A stretch of 64,000 bases of DNA from Candidatus Sysuiplasma jiujiangense (GTDB taxonomy: Archaea; Thermoplasmatota; Thermoplasmata; Sysuiplasmatales; Sysuiplasmataceae): assembly GCA_019721075.1 (NCBI GenBank), contig JAHEAD010000008.1, forward strand, positions 1-64,000, given 5' to 3'. The position numbers were made by a program, and so were the translations under genes. Positions 47,399-57,046 of this stretch are shown here, piece after piece (the stretch's first letter is position 1; each line of letters begins with the position of its first letter). Below the pieces are notes generated by a model. It did no database searches and was not told the origin of the DNA. It was given only the letters and a program-made list of their open reading frames with translations.

Positions 47399-48145
47399 GT
47401 GGAGCGGAATATGCGGAGAGTACTGAAGTGTGTGATGCTCGATTTCGGCGGGACAATGATGTACCTGCGAAAGCCGTTTGAAGAAATACTGAATGAAGGC
47501 AATTTGGCTGTTTTCGAATTTGTCAGGGAACATGGCGCAGATGTTGACCTTGGTGAATATACGGAAACAAGCAGGAGGATTTTCTCAACATTCAAATCGT
47601 TTGAAGACGCAGAAAACAGGGACATCCCGGATACAGAGAAATATTACGCTGTTGCCTCGGAACTTTTTCCGGACATTACTGCAGCAGAGACAAAAAAGAT
47701 GTCACAGACTATGAGTGGTTTGTTCTGGGATATTGTATCAAAATACCAGCTTCCTTCCCGGGGGCTTGCCGATGTGCTCAAGGAACTCAGGAATGGCGGC
47801 AAGAAGCTCGGAATTGTCTCGAATCACCACAACGGAGCCTCGCTGAGAAACTGGCTTTCGCAAGAGAATTTTGACAGATTCTTCGATGCAGTAGTTGTTT
47901 CCTCGGAGGTTGGATTCCGTAAACCGGACATCAGAATTTTTAAATTTGCTCTGAGCAGACTCGGTGCGCTTCCAGGCGAGACGCTCTTCGTGGGAGACGA
48001 CATCAGAAACGACATTATTGGCGCAAGAACAGCAGGAATGGAGACGGTTCTGTTCTGCGGCAAACCGGCCAATTCGAACGGTTATGAATCAGAAGCAAAG
48101 GGACACGCCATAAAGAATTTCAGAGAACTTCTGGACATCATTTAA
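47399..48145 (+). CDS. HAD-superfamily hydrolase
   Basis: LDFGGT, IVSN, RKPD, VGDDIRNDI. Confidence 0.85.
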   Translation: MERNMRRVLKCVMLDFGGTMMYLRKPFEEILNEGNLAVFEFVREHGADVDLGEYTETSRRIFSTFKSFEDAENRDIPDTEKYYAVASELFPDITAAETKKMSQTMSGLFWDIVSKYQLPSRGLADVLKELRNGGKKLGIVSNHHNGASLRNWLSQENFDRFFDAVVVSSEVGFRKPDIRIFKFALSRLGALPGETLFVGDDIRNDIIGARTAGMETVLFCGKPANSNGYESEAKGHAIKNFRELLDII

Positions 48146-48362
48146 ATTTCATGACCCGATATCACACTGCCGATCACCCGGACTTTCTGTCCTTTCACAA
48201 AAATGATTTGCCAGCAGTGACCTGCGCCTTGCCCGGCTTCTGCAGAAATGGCGGGCACAGGCACTTCCCAAAGATAGCAGCTGGATTCGAATTCCGGCAT
48301 TCTGGCAATTCATGATCCGACGGCGCCAGTCTTGAAAAGCTCCGTTTCAAATAAGTTTATTA

Positions 48363-49028
48363 TTGGGCTCATCCCTCCTCCTCATGAGGGAGAGGATGGG
48401 TGATTTACTCGGAATCCTGAGTGCGGTGTACGGTTCGTTTTCTCCGTGGAGCATTGCTTCGCTCCTGTCGAAGGATATTGGAGCCAGACCGGATCCTGGC
48501 GTGCTTCTTTTCATACTTGCACTGGCAGTCGGCCTGATAATTGCCGGTAGAAAGATGTGGAACATGATATTCATCAGCTACGGTGCGGCGGCCGGATTTG
48601 CGCTTTCGCTTTTTCTGTTCAACGCCCTCGGTCTTTCCGGCGCATGGCTTGTCGTGCTGATCGTAGTGCCCGTAGTTTCTGCTGTCCTCTTTTACAAGCT
48701 GTCCAGGCTGTTTGTATCCGCAGCCATAGCCGTTACCGGGGCCGGCATAATTCTTTCACTGACACATTCACTGGCATATTCGGTGGCATTATCAGTTGCA
48801 GCTTTCGCGGTTGCATATATATTCTACAGGAGCCTTTCATCGTTGCTTGCAGCGCTTCTTGGATCGTCTCTGCTCCTGCTGTTTTTCATTGAACTGGGCA
48901 TACCGTCCGCTTCGCCGCTGGTTCTTTCGCTGATCTGCTTCACCACAGGAATACTGCTCCGTTATCTGGTGTCTGTTATCGAAGGGCTGTCCGAAAGAAA
49001 GCGCCCGCTTTTTCTCAATGCAGGCTGA
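48363..49028 (+). CDS. Multi-pass membrane protein (DUF4203-like)
   Basis: About seven hydrophobic helices; start uncertain (ATG at 48384 or 48396 likely). Confidence 0.65.
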   Translation: MGSSLLLMRERMGDLLGILSAVYGSFSPWSIASLLSKDIGARPDPGVLLFILALAVGLIIAGRKMWNMIFISYGAAAGFALSLFLFNALGLSGAWLVVLIVVPVVSAVLFYKLSRLFVSAAIAVTGAGIILSLTHSLAYSVALSVAAFAVAYIFYRSLSSLLAALLGSSLLLLFFIELGIPSASPLVLSLICFTTGILLRYLVSVIEGLSERKRPLFLNAG

Positions 49029-49030
49029 TT

Positions 49031-50053
49031 TTAAGACGGCTTCAGCAGATAAAGCCTGTCGCCGAGTCTGACCACACCAACTTCCTTTCCCCGGGACAGA
49101 TTTTCTCCACACCTGATGCTTTCTTCCTCGGCTGAATTCCTTTCCATCACCGTAACAGATCCCTTCCCTGCAGCGGTGATGATCGCCGTGCTTTCGATTT
49201 CCCTGCCGCCGATGAAACGGAGCCTTTCCAGCTCGGCCGGTTGGACCTTCAAGCGTCTTCCGTCCTCCATCGATTCGAGAACAACTCCTCCTGTGGTATC
49301 AACGACTCTGTAGAATCTGTTCTCGAATTCAACATAGTCACGCGCAGAAAACATCGGTACGCGGATGAGATAAGTCGTTCTGAATATATTTTTACCGTCC
49401 TTCTGTCCGTACAGTGTGCGGGTTCTGGATACACCGGAACCGTATCGCTGTGCGGTGCTCCTTGCTATGGCATACCCTGCTGAACTCGAGCTCAGATTTA
49501 TGTCGAATCCCCCCCTCGTTGCCTTTATGCTCGATATGAAAAAATTAGGTTCGCGCTTTTCCAGCTCCTCCCCCAGCTTCCTGACATGATCCGCGGCGCC
49601 GGCAAGCACTTCCTTCCGTTCGTCCCCCAGCGCCCTGATCTGTATTGTTGATTCAAAATAATGGCCGCTCCTTCTGCTGCAGGTCGGGCAGGTGTTTCTG
49701 CGGATGTGAACAGCGACGTCATTTTGCTCATCTTTCAACATTCCGTCCTTCTCTGCAGTGACCGATATATGCAGCCGGGATGATAGCCGATCGTCCCTGA
49801 ATCCTGTTGCGCTGTACGACACAATTTTAGCCCCTCTCGGCAGAACAATGCTCTTCCTGACATCCGAGCAGACGTATGACCCGAGGTCGGGTGCAGCTAC
49901 CCAGTGCGCACCGTTTTTGACCCGCCCGCAGGAAGGGCATACATCAAAGCTGGCTGATGCGGGGACAGTTGCTATCGGCTCTCCCTGGGAATAGCAGTCT
50001 CTGCAGAATACAGCCCCTTTTACGGCCTCCTTACCGCATTTGATACAGAACAT
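49031..50053 (-). CDS. nmd3: NMD3-family ribosome biogenesis protein
   Basis: Four CxxC pairs, GHYFESTIQIR, GGFD, RTTYLIR. Confidence 0.9.
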   Translation of the reverse strand: MFCIKCGKEAVKGAVFCRDCYSQGEPIATVPASASFDVCPSCGRVKNGAHWVAAPDLGSYVCSDVRKSIVLPRGAKIVSYSATGFRDDRLSSRLHISVTAEKDGMLKDEQNDVAVHIRRNTCPTCSRRSGHYFESTIQIRALGDERKEVLAGAADHVRKLGEELEKREPNFFISSIKATRGGFDINLSSSSAGYAIARSTAQRYGSGVSRTRTLYGQKDGKNIFRTTYLIRVPMFSARDYVEFENRFYRVVDTTGGVVLESMEDGRRLKVQPAELERLRFIGGREIESTAIITAAGKGSVTVMERNSAEEESIRCGENLSRGKEVGVVRLGDRLYLLKPS

Positions 50054-50090
50054 TGCAGATCGAAAAGACGGTCAACCGACTAATTAACCT

Positions 50091-51032
50091 TTACCCGGTC
50101 ATTGATCTGCGTCCTGGTATCTTTGAGACTGCACTTGCCTCCTTCTGCCAGCTCTCGGGTGCCGGTGTACCCCAGAAAGTCTGGCGTCTAGGATCGTCGA
50201 TGTTCCACCTGACAGGCGGAAGGCCGGGATCAGCAGCCATATAGTCTCCCGTGTAAAGCTCGATCCTGTGTTTGTCTGTGTCCCTCAGATAAAGGAAAAA
50301 TGCATTGGTGATACCGTGCCTGCCCGGTCCCCTCTCAATGTTGGCGTAACGACCCCTGGATGCCATTATGTCAGCACAGTCCAGTATGCTGCTCCTGTCC
50401 GAAACAATGAATCCAGCATGATGGAAACGCGGTCCCTGGCCCCGCATTATCGCCAGATCATGGCTGGAATATTTTCTCCTTAGCCATGCGGACTGGATAA
50501 ACCCCTCCTCGTCAACGGTGTACTCGGAGAGAATAAAATTCAATCTGCCTGTATACCATTCCACCGCAGAAGGAACATCAGGCGTGAGTATATTGAAATG
50601 ATCAATCCTCATAATTTTCCCTCCCCTGTAGGCGTCGAAATGCTGCAGCTTCCAGTCAACCTTCTCTATGCTGTAAAAGAACTCTACCGGAAAACCAAAA
50701 GGGTCCTGAAAGCGTATTGTTTCGCCAAGTCCCTCCTCCACCCCCTCTTCGGCAATAAAATCCAGTCCCTCGGAATCGAGGAATTTCTTCGCCTTCCCGA
50801 CATCCTTCTCAGTCCTCAGGCTGAAAGCCATATGACCCAGCGAGGGACTGTCACCCTTCCTTAGCACAAGGCAGTGATGGATTCTGTCCTCAATCCCGCG
50901 AAGGAATATACTTTCACCGGCTGACTCAGTCTCGATAAAACCCAGCAGGTCGACATAGTAGCGTCTGGCTTCCTCAAGATTGGTCACAGCGTACTCAATG
51001 TGCGACGCCCTCACTATATCGATTTCATCCAT
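50091..51032 (-). CDS. hpaD: Homoprotocatechuate (3,4-dihydroxyphenylacetate) 2,3-dioxygenase
   Basis: RIDHFN, HDLA, PRFHHAGF, ERGPGRHG, HRIELY, RRQTFWG. Confidence 0.9.
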   Translation of the reverse strand: MDEIDIVRASHIEYAVTNLEEARRYYVDLLGFIETESAGESIFLRGIEDRIHHCLVLRKGDSPSLGHMAFSLRTEKDVGKAKKFLDSEGLDFIAEEGVEEGLGETIRFQDPFGFPVEFFYSIEKVDWKLQHFDAYRGGKIMRIDHFNILTPDVPSAVEWYTGRLNFILSEYTVDEEGFIQSAWLRRKYSSHDLAIMRGQGPRFHHAGFIVSDRSSILDCADIMASRGRYANIERGPGRHGITNAFFLYLRDTDKHRIELYTGDYMAADPGLPPVRWNIDDPRRQTFWGTPAPESWQKEASAVSKIPGRRSMTG

Positions 51033-51041
51033 CGTTTCACC

Positions 51042-52490
51042 TCATTTGTTACGTTCCAGAAAGTCGATCACCATCTGCCTGTAACCGGATGTGTCATACC
51101 ATGAGTAGAAGGCGCTGGCCATGCGTACCGGATCGCCAAAAAAGAAGCGTTCATACATCTCCTGCCTGGAGCCGAATGAGCTGCCCGCAATGTCCCATGC
51201 AAGCTTGAATAGGCGGACCTTTTCCTCAGCAGAAGCATTCCTTCCCTGATAATACTTGTCTATGTGGTCCCTCATCTCGCTCTCCATGTCTTCTGCCGTG
51301 GGGAGGGCCATCAGACCGCTGGCTCCGAGCTGCTGGATAATCTCCCTGATTGAAGGGTAGACACGCGGATAGATGTTTCTGCCGACATTGAGATACTTGA
51401 ATCGTGGTGTCATTATGCCCCATCTGTTTACACTGCTCTCCTTCTCAGCAGCCGTGAGAAGGGCGCGCATTGTTTCCAGTATCATCGCGACCCTTGCAAC
51501 CTTCTCCTGGACGTGCTGAAACTGATCCAGTCCTATTGCATCGACCATCATGGATATGACACCAAGTATGAACTCCGTCTTTGCAATCTCCCTGATGACA
51601 ACCTGATGTGACATGTGCACAACTGCTTCCGTTCTTTCATGCAGGACATTTGCCCTTTCGGCATCCTCGAGCAGAAATATCCTCTCACTCGGAACAAGCA
51701 CATCGTCAAAGAGGACTACCGCATCCATTTCCTCAAATCTGTATGCGAGCGGATGATCGAATTTTGAATCAGAGTTGAAAGGCTCCCTGCATATGAACTT
51801 CAAGCCGGGTGTATCAACAGGAAGGGCAAATGCAAATGAATACGGCATGTCGTCGGATCCTGCCTTCAGCACGGTGGACGGAAAGACGATTATTTCATCG
51901 GCAAGGGGGAAGGTTGCAAGCATCCTTGCACCTCGAACAATGATGCCATCGCTTCGTTTTTCCACAATGCGCGCTGCAAGAAAAGGGTCCTTCTGTTTTG
52001 AGACAGAAACAGATCTGTTGATCTGGGGGTTTATGAGTGTATGCGTCATTAGCAGATCGTTTTCGCGCACATATTCGTAGTAGTTCCTGATGTTCTCGCC
52101 GAATGCTCTGCCGGATGAGGCAAAAAATTCTGATGCCGATGCCATTGCCATGATGCTGCTGTTCAGGTAGTCTGGTGTTCTTCCAAGCATCCCCCCGGAA
52201 AAATCCGCCCATCGCTTCATCATGTTCCTGCGTGACTCTATGTCCTTCACCGTAAGCGGCTGAAGAAAACTCATCCCGACCCTGTCGCCGGTTTCAGGCG
52301 AGATATAAGTCATTTCGTTCTCGAGTTCGGGGTCGCACTGCATGTCATAAAGCCTTGACATGGTCAGTGCCATTTGCCTGAAGGCGCCGTGCTGTGTTAT
52401 GCCGGTAGTCACTTTCTTGCCGCCTATCCAGACTTCTCTTTTCGTCCTGTCAAGGTCTCTCAGGTAGTCCCGTCCACTTCTTGCCGGCAA
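51042..52490 (-). CDS. hpaB: 4-hydroxyphenylacetate 3-monooxygenase, oxygenase component
   Basis: GRTPDY, HTLINPQINR, GARMLAT, RFEEMDA, RQEMYERFFFGDP. Confidence 0.92.
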   Translation of the reverse strand: MPARSGRDYLRDLDRTKREVWIGGKKVTTGITQHGAFRQMALTMSRLYDMQCDPELENEMTYISPETGDRVGMSFLQPLTVKDIESRRNMMKRWADFSGGMLGRTPDYLNSSIMAMASASEFFASSGRAFGENIRNYYEYVRENDLLMTHTLINPQINRSVSVSKQKDPFLAARIVEKRSDGIIVRGARMLATFPLADEIIVFPSTVLKAGSDDMPYSFAFALPVDTPGLKFICREPFNSDSKFDHPLAYRFEEMDAVVLFDDVLVPSERIFLLEDAERANVLHERTEAVVHMSHQVVIREIAKTEFILGVISMMVDAIGLDQFQHVQEKVARVAMILETMRALLTAAEKESSVNRWGIMTPRFKYLNVGRNIYPRVYPSIREIIQQLGASGLMALPTAEDMESEMRDHIDKYYQGRNASAEEKVRLFKLAWDIAGSSFGSRQEMYERFFFGDPVRMASAFYSWYDTSGYRQMVIDFLERNK

Positions 52491-52520
52491 TTGAATTCCC
52501 TTACAGGTACCTGCTTTTCT

Positions 52521-54014
52521 TTATTTAGCTGACATCCTGCCAAAAACAGGTATGCTATGGTTTCCCAGTGCAACATGGACAGTCTTTTCCTCCATGTAAA
52601 AGTCGAAGCTGTAGGTTCCGCCTTCCCTTCCGATTCCGCTGCTTTTCGAGCCTCCGAACGGCGTCCTTAAATCCCGTACGTTGTGTGAATTTATCCAGCA
52701 CATGCCGACATCCAGTGCGGATGCGACCCTGTGGACTCTCTCGACATTTCTGCTCCAGACATAGGATGCGAGCCCGTACTCGACATCGTTGGCGGCAGCT
52801 ATTGCCTCCTCCTCGTCTGAAAATTTCATGGCGGATAAAACTGGCCCGAATATCTCCTCCCTGGCTATTTTCATACTACGCTCCACGTTTCCGAAGAGGG
52901 TAGGTTCGAGGAAATTCCCTTTTCCGAATTGCGACGGTCTCCTTCCGCCGGCAAGCAGTTTGGCACCCTCTTTCCTTCCCGAGGAGACATATGACATAAC
53001 GCGTTTCCAGTGATCCGGATGTATTAGCGGGCCCAGTTCCGTTTCCTCATCGAAGGGGTCACCTACTTCTATTGCATTCACCCTGTCTGTCAGCGATTCA
53101 ACAAAATCATCATATATTGTATCCTGCAGGAGGAGCCTGGAGTTTGCAGTGCATCTTTCGCCGTTGAGGGAAAATACTCCAAAAACAACGGCGTCAAGTG
53201 CGCGGTCCATATCGGCGTCGTCGAATACGATTGCCGGCGACTTCCCGCCGAGCTCCATCGAGAAACGCTTGAGGGAGGATGCGCCGTTCCTCATAATTTC
53301 CTTTCCGGTGGTTGTCTCTCCCGTAAACGAGATTAGTCTGACGTTTCTGTTTGCAACCAGTGATGATCCGGCTGTCTCGCCAAGGCCTTGGACAACATTG
53401 AACGCACCCACCGGCAGCGATGTCCTGCTGATTATCTCCGCAAGTTTCGACGCACTCAGGGGAGACCATTCGGCCGGCTTCAGGACGCAGGTGTCTCCTG
53501 CTGCAAGACATGGAGCGATTTTCCATGTCTCGAGCATCAGCGGGGTATTCCAGGGCGTTATGAGGCCCGCGACGCCGGCAGGTCTCTTTTCCGTATAGTT
53601 CAGGAACTGTCCCCTGAACGGGAAAGAGTGGCCGGAAATCTTCGTTGCCATCCCGGCAAAGAATCTGAAATTTTCCGCTGCCCTCGCAATCTGCCCCTTC
53701 GTCTGCCTTATGGGTATGCCTGTGTCAAGCGTCTCGATTTCAGCAAGTTCCTCAGAATTGGCCTCAATTCCCTCAGCAATTTCCATGAGTACATTGGATC
53801 TGTCCACCGGTAGAATTCTGCTCCATTCACCTTGGAATGCGTTCGCGGCAGCTGCGACAGCCTCGTCGATATCGGCAATGTCTCCGGCCGAAACCTGTGC
53901 GATGACCGAATTGTCAATTGGACTTAAGTCTGCAAATGAGCTACCGTTCCTGTTGCTGACGAAACTTCCGTTGATGTAATGCTTAACCGTTTGTCTTCTT
54001 GCCATGCTTTTCAT
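52521..54014 (-). CDS. hpaE: 5-carboxymethyl-2-hydroxymuconate semialdehyde dehydrogenase
   Basis: ITPWNTP, KPAEWSP, FSLNGERCTANSR, NVRDLRTPFGG. Confidence 0.92.
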   Translation of the reverse strand: MKSMARRQTVKHYINGSFVSNRNGSSFADLSPIDNSVIAQVSAGDIADIDEAVAAAANAFQGEWSRILPVDRSNVLMEIAEGIEANSEELAEIETLDTGIPIRQTKGQIARAAENFRFFAGMATKISGHSFPFRGQFLNYTEKRPAGVAGLITPWNTPLMLETWKIAPCLAAGDTCVLKPAEWSPLSASKLAEIISRTSLPVGAFNVVQGLGETAGSSLVANRNVRLISFTGETTTGKEIMRNGASSLKRFSMELGGKSPAIVFDDADMDRALDAVVFGVFSLNGERCTANSRLLLQDTIYDDFVESLTDRVNAIEVGDPFDEETELGPLIHPDHWKRVMSYVSSGRKEGAKLLAGGRRPSQFGKGNFLEPTLFGNVERSMKIAREEIFGPVLSAMKFSDEEEAIAAANDVEYGLASYVWSRNVERVHRVASALDVGMCWINSHNVRDLRTPFGGSKSSGIGREGGTYSFDFYMEEKTVHVALGNHSIPVFGRMSAK

Positions 54015-54272
54015 TGACACAGCTCCGCCCAACCGTTAAAATACAGTTGGTTGACAGCGATAATGGCGTTACATAGGATTAAACATATCCTGCGAACCGC
54101 GGAAACGAGCTGATTCCAGGCTCTTGAACGCCATTTCTTTTACGGGGCCAGAACCGGTGTCTCCGTACAGAGCGCCTGATTTCACCCTGGGGGGAACGGA
54201 ATTGGGACTACGAAATACGATTGCAGCGGCTCAACAATCAAATATTCGGAATAAAATAGACGGCCGAAACAG

Positions 54273-54809
54273 ATGGACGGCGGAACTGACATCAGGAACA
54301 GGGTAAACGAAAGCAGAGGACTGCTTAAAAAAATACAGCTGCTGGTTCCCGGTTTCAGAGGATACAGGCAGCTTGAAGATCTTAGGGTTGCAGATGAACT
54401 TCTTCGCAGACAGGTTGCGTCGCTGCTCCAGTCAGGTGAGAGCAGCATCAGGAGCGCAAGATCAGCTATTGCGGCAAGGGGAGACTACGGTTCCCTCCAG
54501 CCCGTGGCATCGCTGCTCTCCAAGCTGCAGCTGCTCGAAGGTGAGATTATCCATGCTGAACAGGGCTACTCAGGCATCTCCCCCGCGATAAGGATGGATC
54601 AGTCGAAGCTTGAATCACTGTATGACTACGACTATGCATTCATATCTTCCGCATCAAAATTTTCCTCGGATGTTGCCGCATTCCCCTTAAGTTCGCTCAC
54701 CGGGAACGAGCTTGTTGCGAGAATAACGCTTCTGTCCGGGGAAGTTGATGAGATAAAGGGGAAATGGAACGCGCGGATGACAGCTGTTGAAAACATAAAG
54801 GTCGTGTGA
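54273..54809 (+). CDS. Conserved-looking all-helical hypothetical protein
   Basis: VPGFRGY..E..R.AD.LLR, GYSG, LYDYD; first gene of a three-gene operon. Confidence 0.75.
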   Translation: MDGGTDIRNRVNESRGLLKKIQLLVPGFRGYRQLEDLRVADELLRRQVASLLQSGESSIRSARSAIAARGDYGSLQPVASLLSKLQLLEGEIIHAEQGYSGISPAIRMDQSKLESLYDYDYAFISSASKFSSDVAAFPLSSLTGNELVARITLLSGEVDEIKGKWNARMTAVENIKVV

Positions 54810-54814
54810 GACAA

Positions 54815-55966
54815 ATGTTCGGTAAAAAATCAAAAGAAATACCGTATTCCGGCGGAAGCGTTGCTGGCTCGATAACCATTGCCTGGGAAACTCAGTTCAA
54901 GCAGGACAATGTTATGTGGAAGGTCCCGCGCCTTATAAGGCTCAACGACAATATCGTCGTAAGGGAGGATGAAATTGCGGTTTTCTACAGAGATGGGAAG
55001 GTACTTGCATATTTTGACAAGCCGAACAGATACGCGCTGACTGATTTCAACGCGCCGATAGTCGGACCGCTCCTAAAATTTTTCACAGGTGTCCAGCAGC
55101 AGGCCGAAGTTTACTATCTGCAGAAGAGATTTTTTGACAGCAAATTCGGAAGCACAGAACCGTATGAATTCACGGATGCCCTGTTTGGCGTCGTGAGTCT
55201 CCGTGTCTTCGGCGAGTACAGATGGCGTGTGTCAAATCCTGAGAATTTCATAAACCAGTTTGTAGGCACTTTCAATGAAGAAACGATGGAACAGGTGGAG
55301 AGCAGGCTGAGGGAGCAGATGGTCCTGCTCGTATATGCCGCCATAGGAAAGATGAAAGACAGCGGACTCAAGATAACAGACCTTGCCGCCAATCTTCCCA
55401 ATATAGAGCAGGTGGTTCTAGGTTCATCCGCGGACCATTTCCAGCAGTACGGAGTTGAAATCAACAAGGTTCCGGGGCTTACAATAAGCCTGCCGGACAG
55501 CGTGCAGAAGGCAGTGGACACAAGATCCGAAATGTCGGTGCTGGGTGTAAATTATATGCAGTATCAGGCAGGGCAGGCGATGGTGGATGCGGCAAAGAAC
55601 CCTTCAGGGGTTGCTGGTGTGGGAGCGGGACTTGGCGTGGGCATTGGAGCCGGAGCCGGCATGGGTTATGCGATGGGAGGTCAGATGATGGGCGCAATGC
55701 AGCCATCAAGGCAGTGCCCGAAATGCGGTGCGCTGATTACAACACAAACAAATTTCTGCCCCAACTGCGGTGCTCCGCTGCAGCAGGCGCAACCGGCCCA
55801 GCAGACAGTCAAATGCCCCAGGTGCAACGCAGACATTCCATCGGGAAGCAAATTCTGCCCCAACTGCGGTGCAGATGTGAAACCAGCGCCTGTCAAGTGT
55901 GCAAATTGCGGGTTTGAAATACAGACGAAAACGAAATTCTGCCCGAATTGCGGCAAGCCTCTGTGA
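54815..55966 (+). CDS. SPFH (YdjI-like) domain protein with Gly-rich hairpin and C-terminal zinc ribbons
   Basis: VVREDEIAVF..DGK, KFGSTEP, GAGLGVGIGAG, six CxxC motifs. Confidence 0.85.
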   Translation: MFGKKSKEIPYSGGSVAGSITIAWETQFKQDNVMWKVPRLIRLNDNIVVREDEIAVFYRDGKVLAYFDKPNRYALTDFNAPIVGPLLKFFTGVQQQAEVYYLQKRFFDSKFGSTEPYEFTDALFGVVSLRVFGEYRWRVSNPENFINQFVGTFNEETMEQVESRLREQMVLLVYAAIGKMKDSGLKITDLAANLPNIEQVVLGSSADHFQQYGVEINKVPGLTISLPDSVQKAVDTRSEMSVLGVNYMQYQAGQAMVDAAKNPSGVAGVGAGLGVGIGAGAGMGYAMGGQMMGAMQPSRQCPKCGALITTQTNFCPNCGAPLQQAQPAQQTVKCPRCNADIPSGSKFCPNCGADVKPAPVKCANCGFEIQTKTKFCPNCGKPL

Positions 55967-55978
55967 GGTGACTGATGC

Positions 55979-57016
55979 ATGTATTGCCTTAAGTGCGGTG
56001 CACAGCTCCCTGATGATGCAGCTTTCTGCTACAAATGCGGGACAAAGGTCCCATCTGCCACTACGCAGCCGAAGCAACCTGCCGCCGCAGATCCGGCGGA
56101 TTCGCAGAACAATTCCCGGGCAGTGCTGGCGGACGCAGGGGCTACCGAGCTGAAATGCCCCGGCTGCGGCGCGCCGATCAAGCCGCAGTTCGGTGAAATG
56201 GTCGTTACTTGCGAATACTGCGGTTCAAGCGTCTCACTCGGTTCAGGAGGATGGCGCGGTGTGGAAAAGCATACAATGCTGCCTCTGAAACTCACAACAA
56301 AGGAACAGGCGCTCGAAAATATAAGGAGCATCATGGACCGCGGACTGCTCAAAAAACATCTCGAGGAGGATTCGGTAAACGAAGATATGACGCTGAGCGT
56401 CGTTCCTTACTGGATTGTGCCTGTTTCGGCCAGAACTGCATACACAGCAGTCGATGCCGCAGCAGAGGTGGGCAGTATAGCCACCACTGCGGCCCTCTTC
56501 GGCCTCATGGGCGGAGCATTCGGCGGAGGAGGAAGGAATTCGGGATTCGGGACTGGGATGATGGAAGGCGCCATGTTCGGCGGAATGGCGATGGGCGGCT
56601 TCGGCGGAGGACGCAACACAATACGCTCTTATTCGCTTGACCAGAATTACCAGTTTCCGGTCGTCGCAATGAAGGCGTTGAATGAATACCAGCCAAGGGA
56701 TTATCAGTTTTCACTCCAGGAGAGGACGCTCTTCAGTACCACAGCAATACCAAAATTTGCAAAGATACTGAACGGTGACGTAGGCGAGGATTCAGCCAAA
56801 AATTCAGCCAAAACAAACGTCGACCAGGTGCAGTCGGAAAAGGTGCACAGACAGCATCACATGGTGCAGAAAATGGACACCCAGATGGACGTTTCGGATC
56901 CTGAACTGCTGCATGCTCCTGTCTGGTTTGCAAGGTTCAACCATAAGGGAAAAAAGATCGTAATCGTGCTTGACGGCAATTCCGGCGGCGTGATTAACAG
57001 CATAGGCCTCGACTGA
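55979..57016 (+). CDS. Zinc-ribbon protein with glycine-zipper insert (YdjG-like)
   Basis: CLKC..CYKC, CPGC..CEYC, VPYW, P.W.., DGNSG; GAGGTGA SD. Confidence 0.75.
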   Translation: MYCLKCGAQLPDDAAFCYKCGTKVPSATTQPKQPAAADPADSQNNSRAVLADAGATELKCPGCGAPIKPQFGEMVVTCEYCGSSVSLGSGGWRGVEKHTMLPLKLTTKEQALENIRSIMDRGLLKKHLEEDSVNEDMTLSVVPYWIVPVSARTAYTAVDAAAEVGSIATTAALFGLMGGAFGGGGRNSGFGTGMMEGAMFGGMAMGGFGGGRNTIRSYSLDQNYQFPVVAMKALNEYQPRDYQFSLQERTLFSTTAIPKFAKILNGDVGEDSAKNSAKTNVDQVQSEKVHRQHHMVQKMDTQMDVSDPELLHAPVWFARFNHKGKKIVIVLDGNSGGVINSIGLD

Positions 57017-57046
57017 TTTCCGGCACGACCAGTTTGAACGGCCGCA

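Noticed and set aside
55713..55960. Repeated AAATTCTGCCC-type sequences
   Set aside because: Explained by the repeated (K/N)FCPNCG zinc-ribbon coding units.
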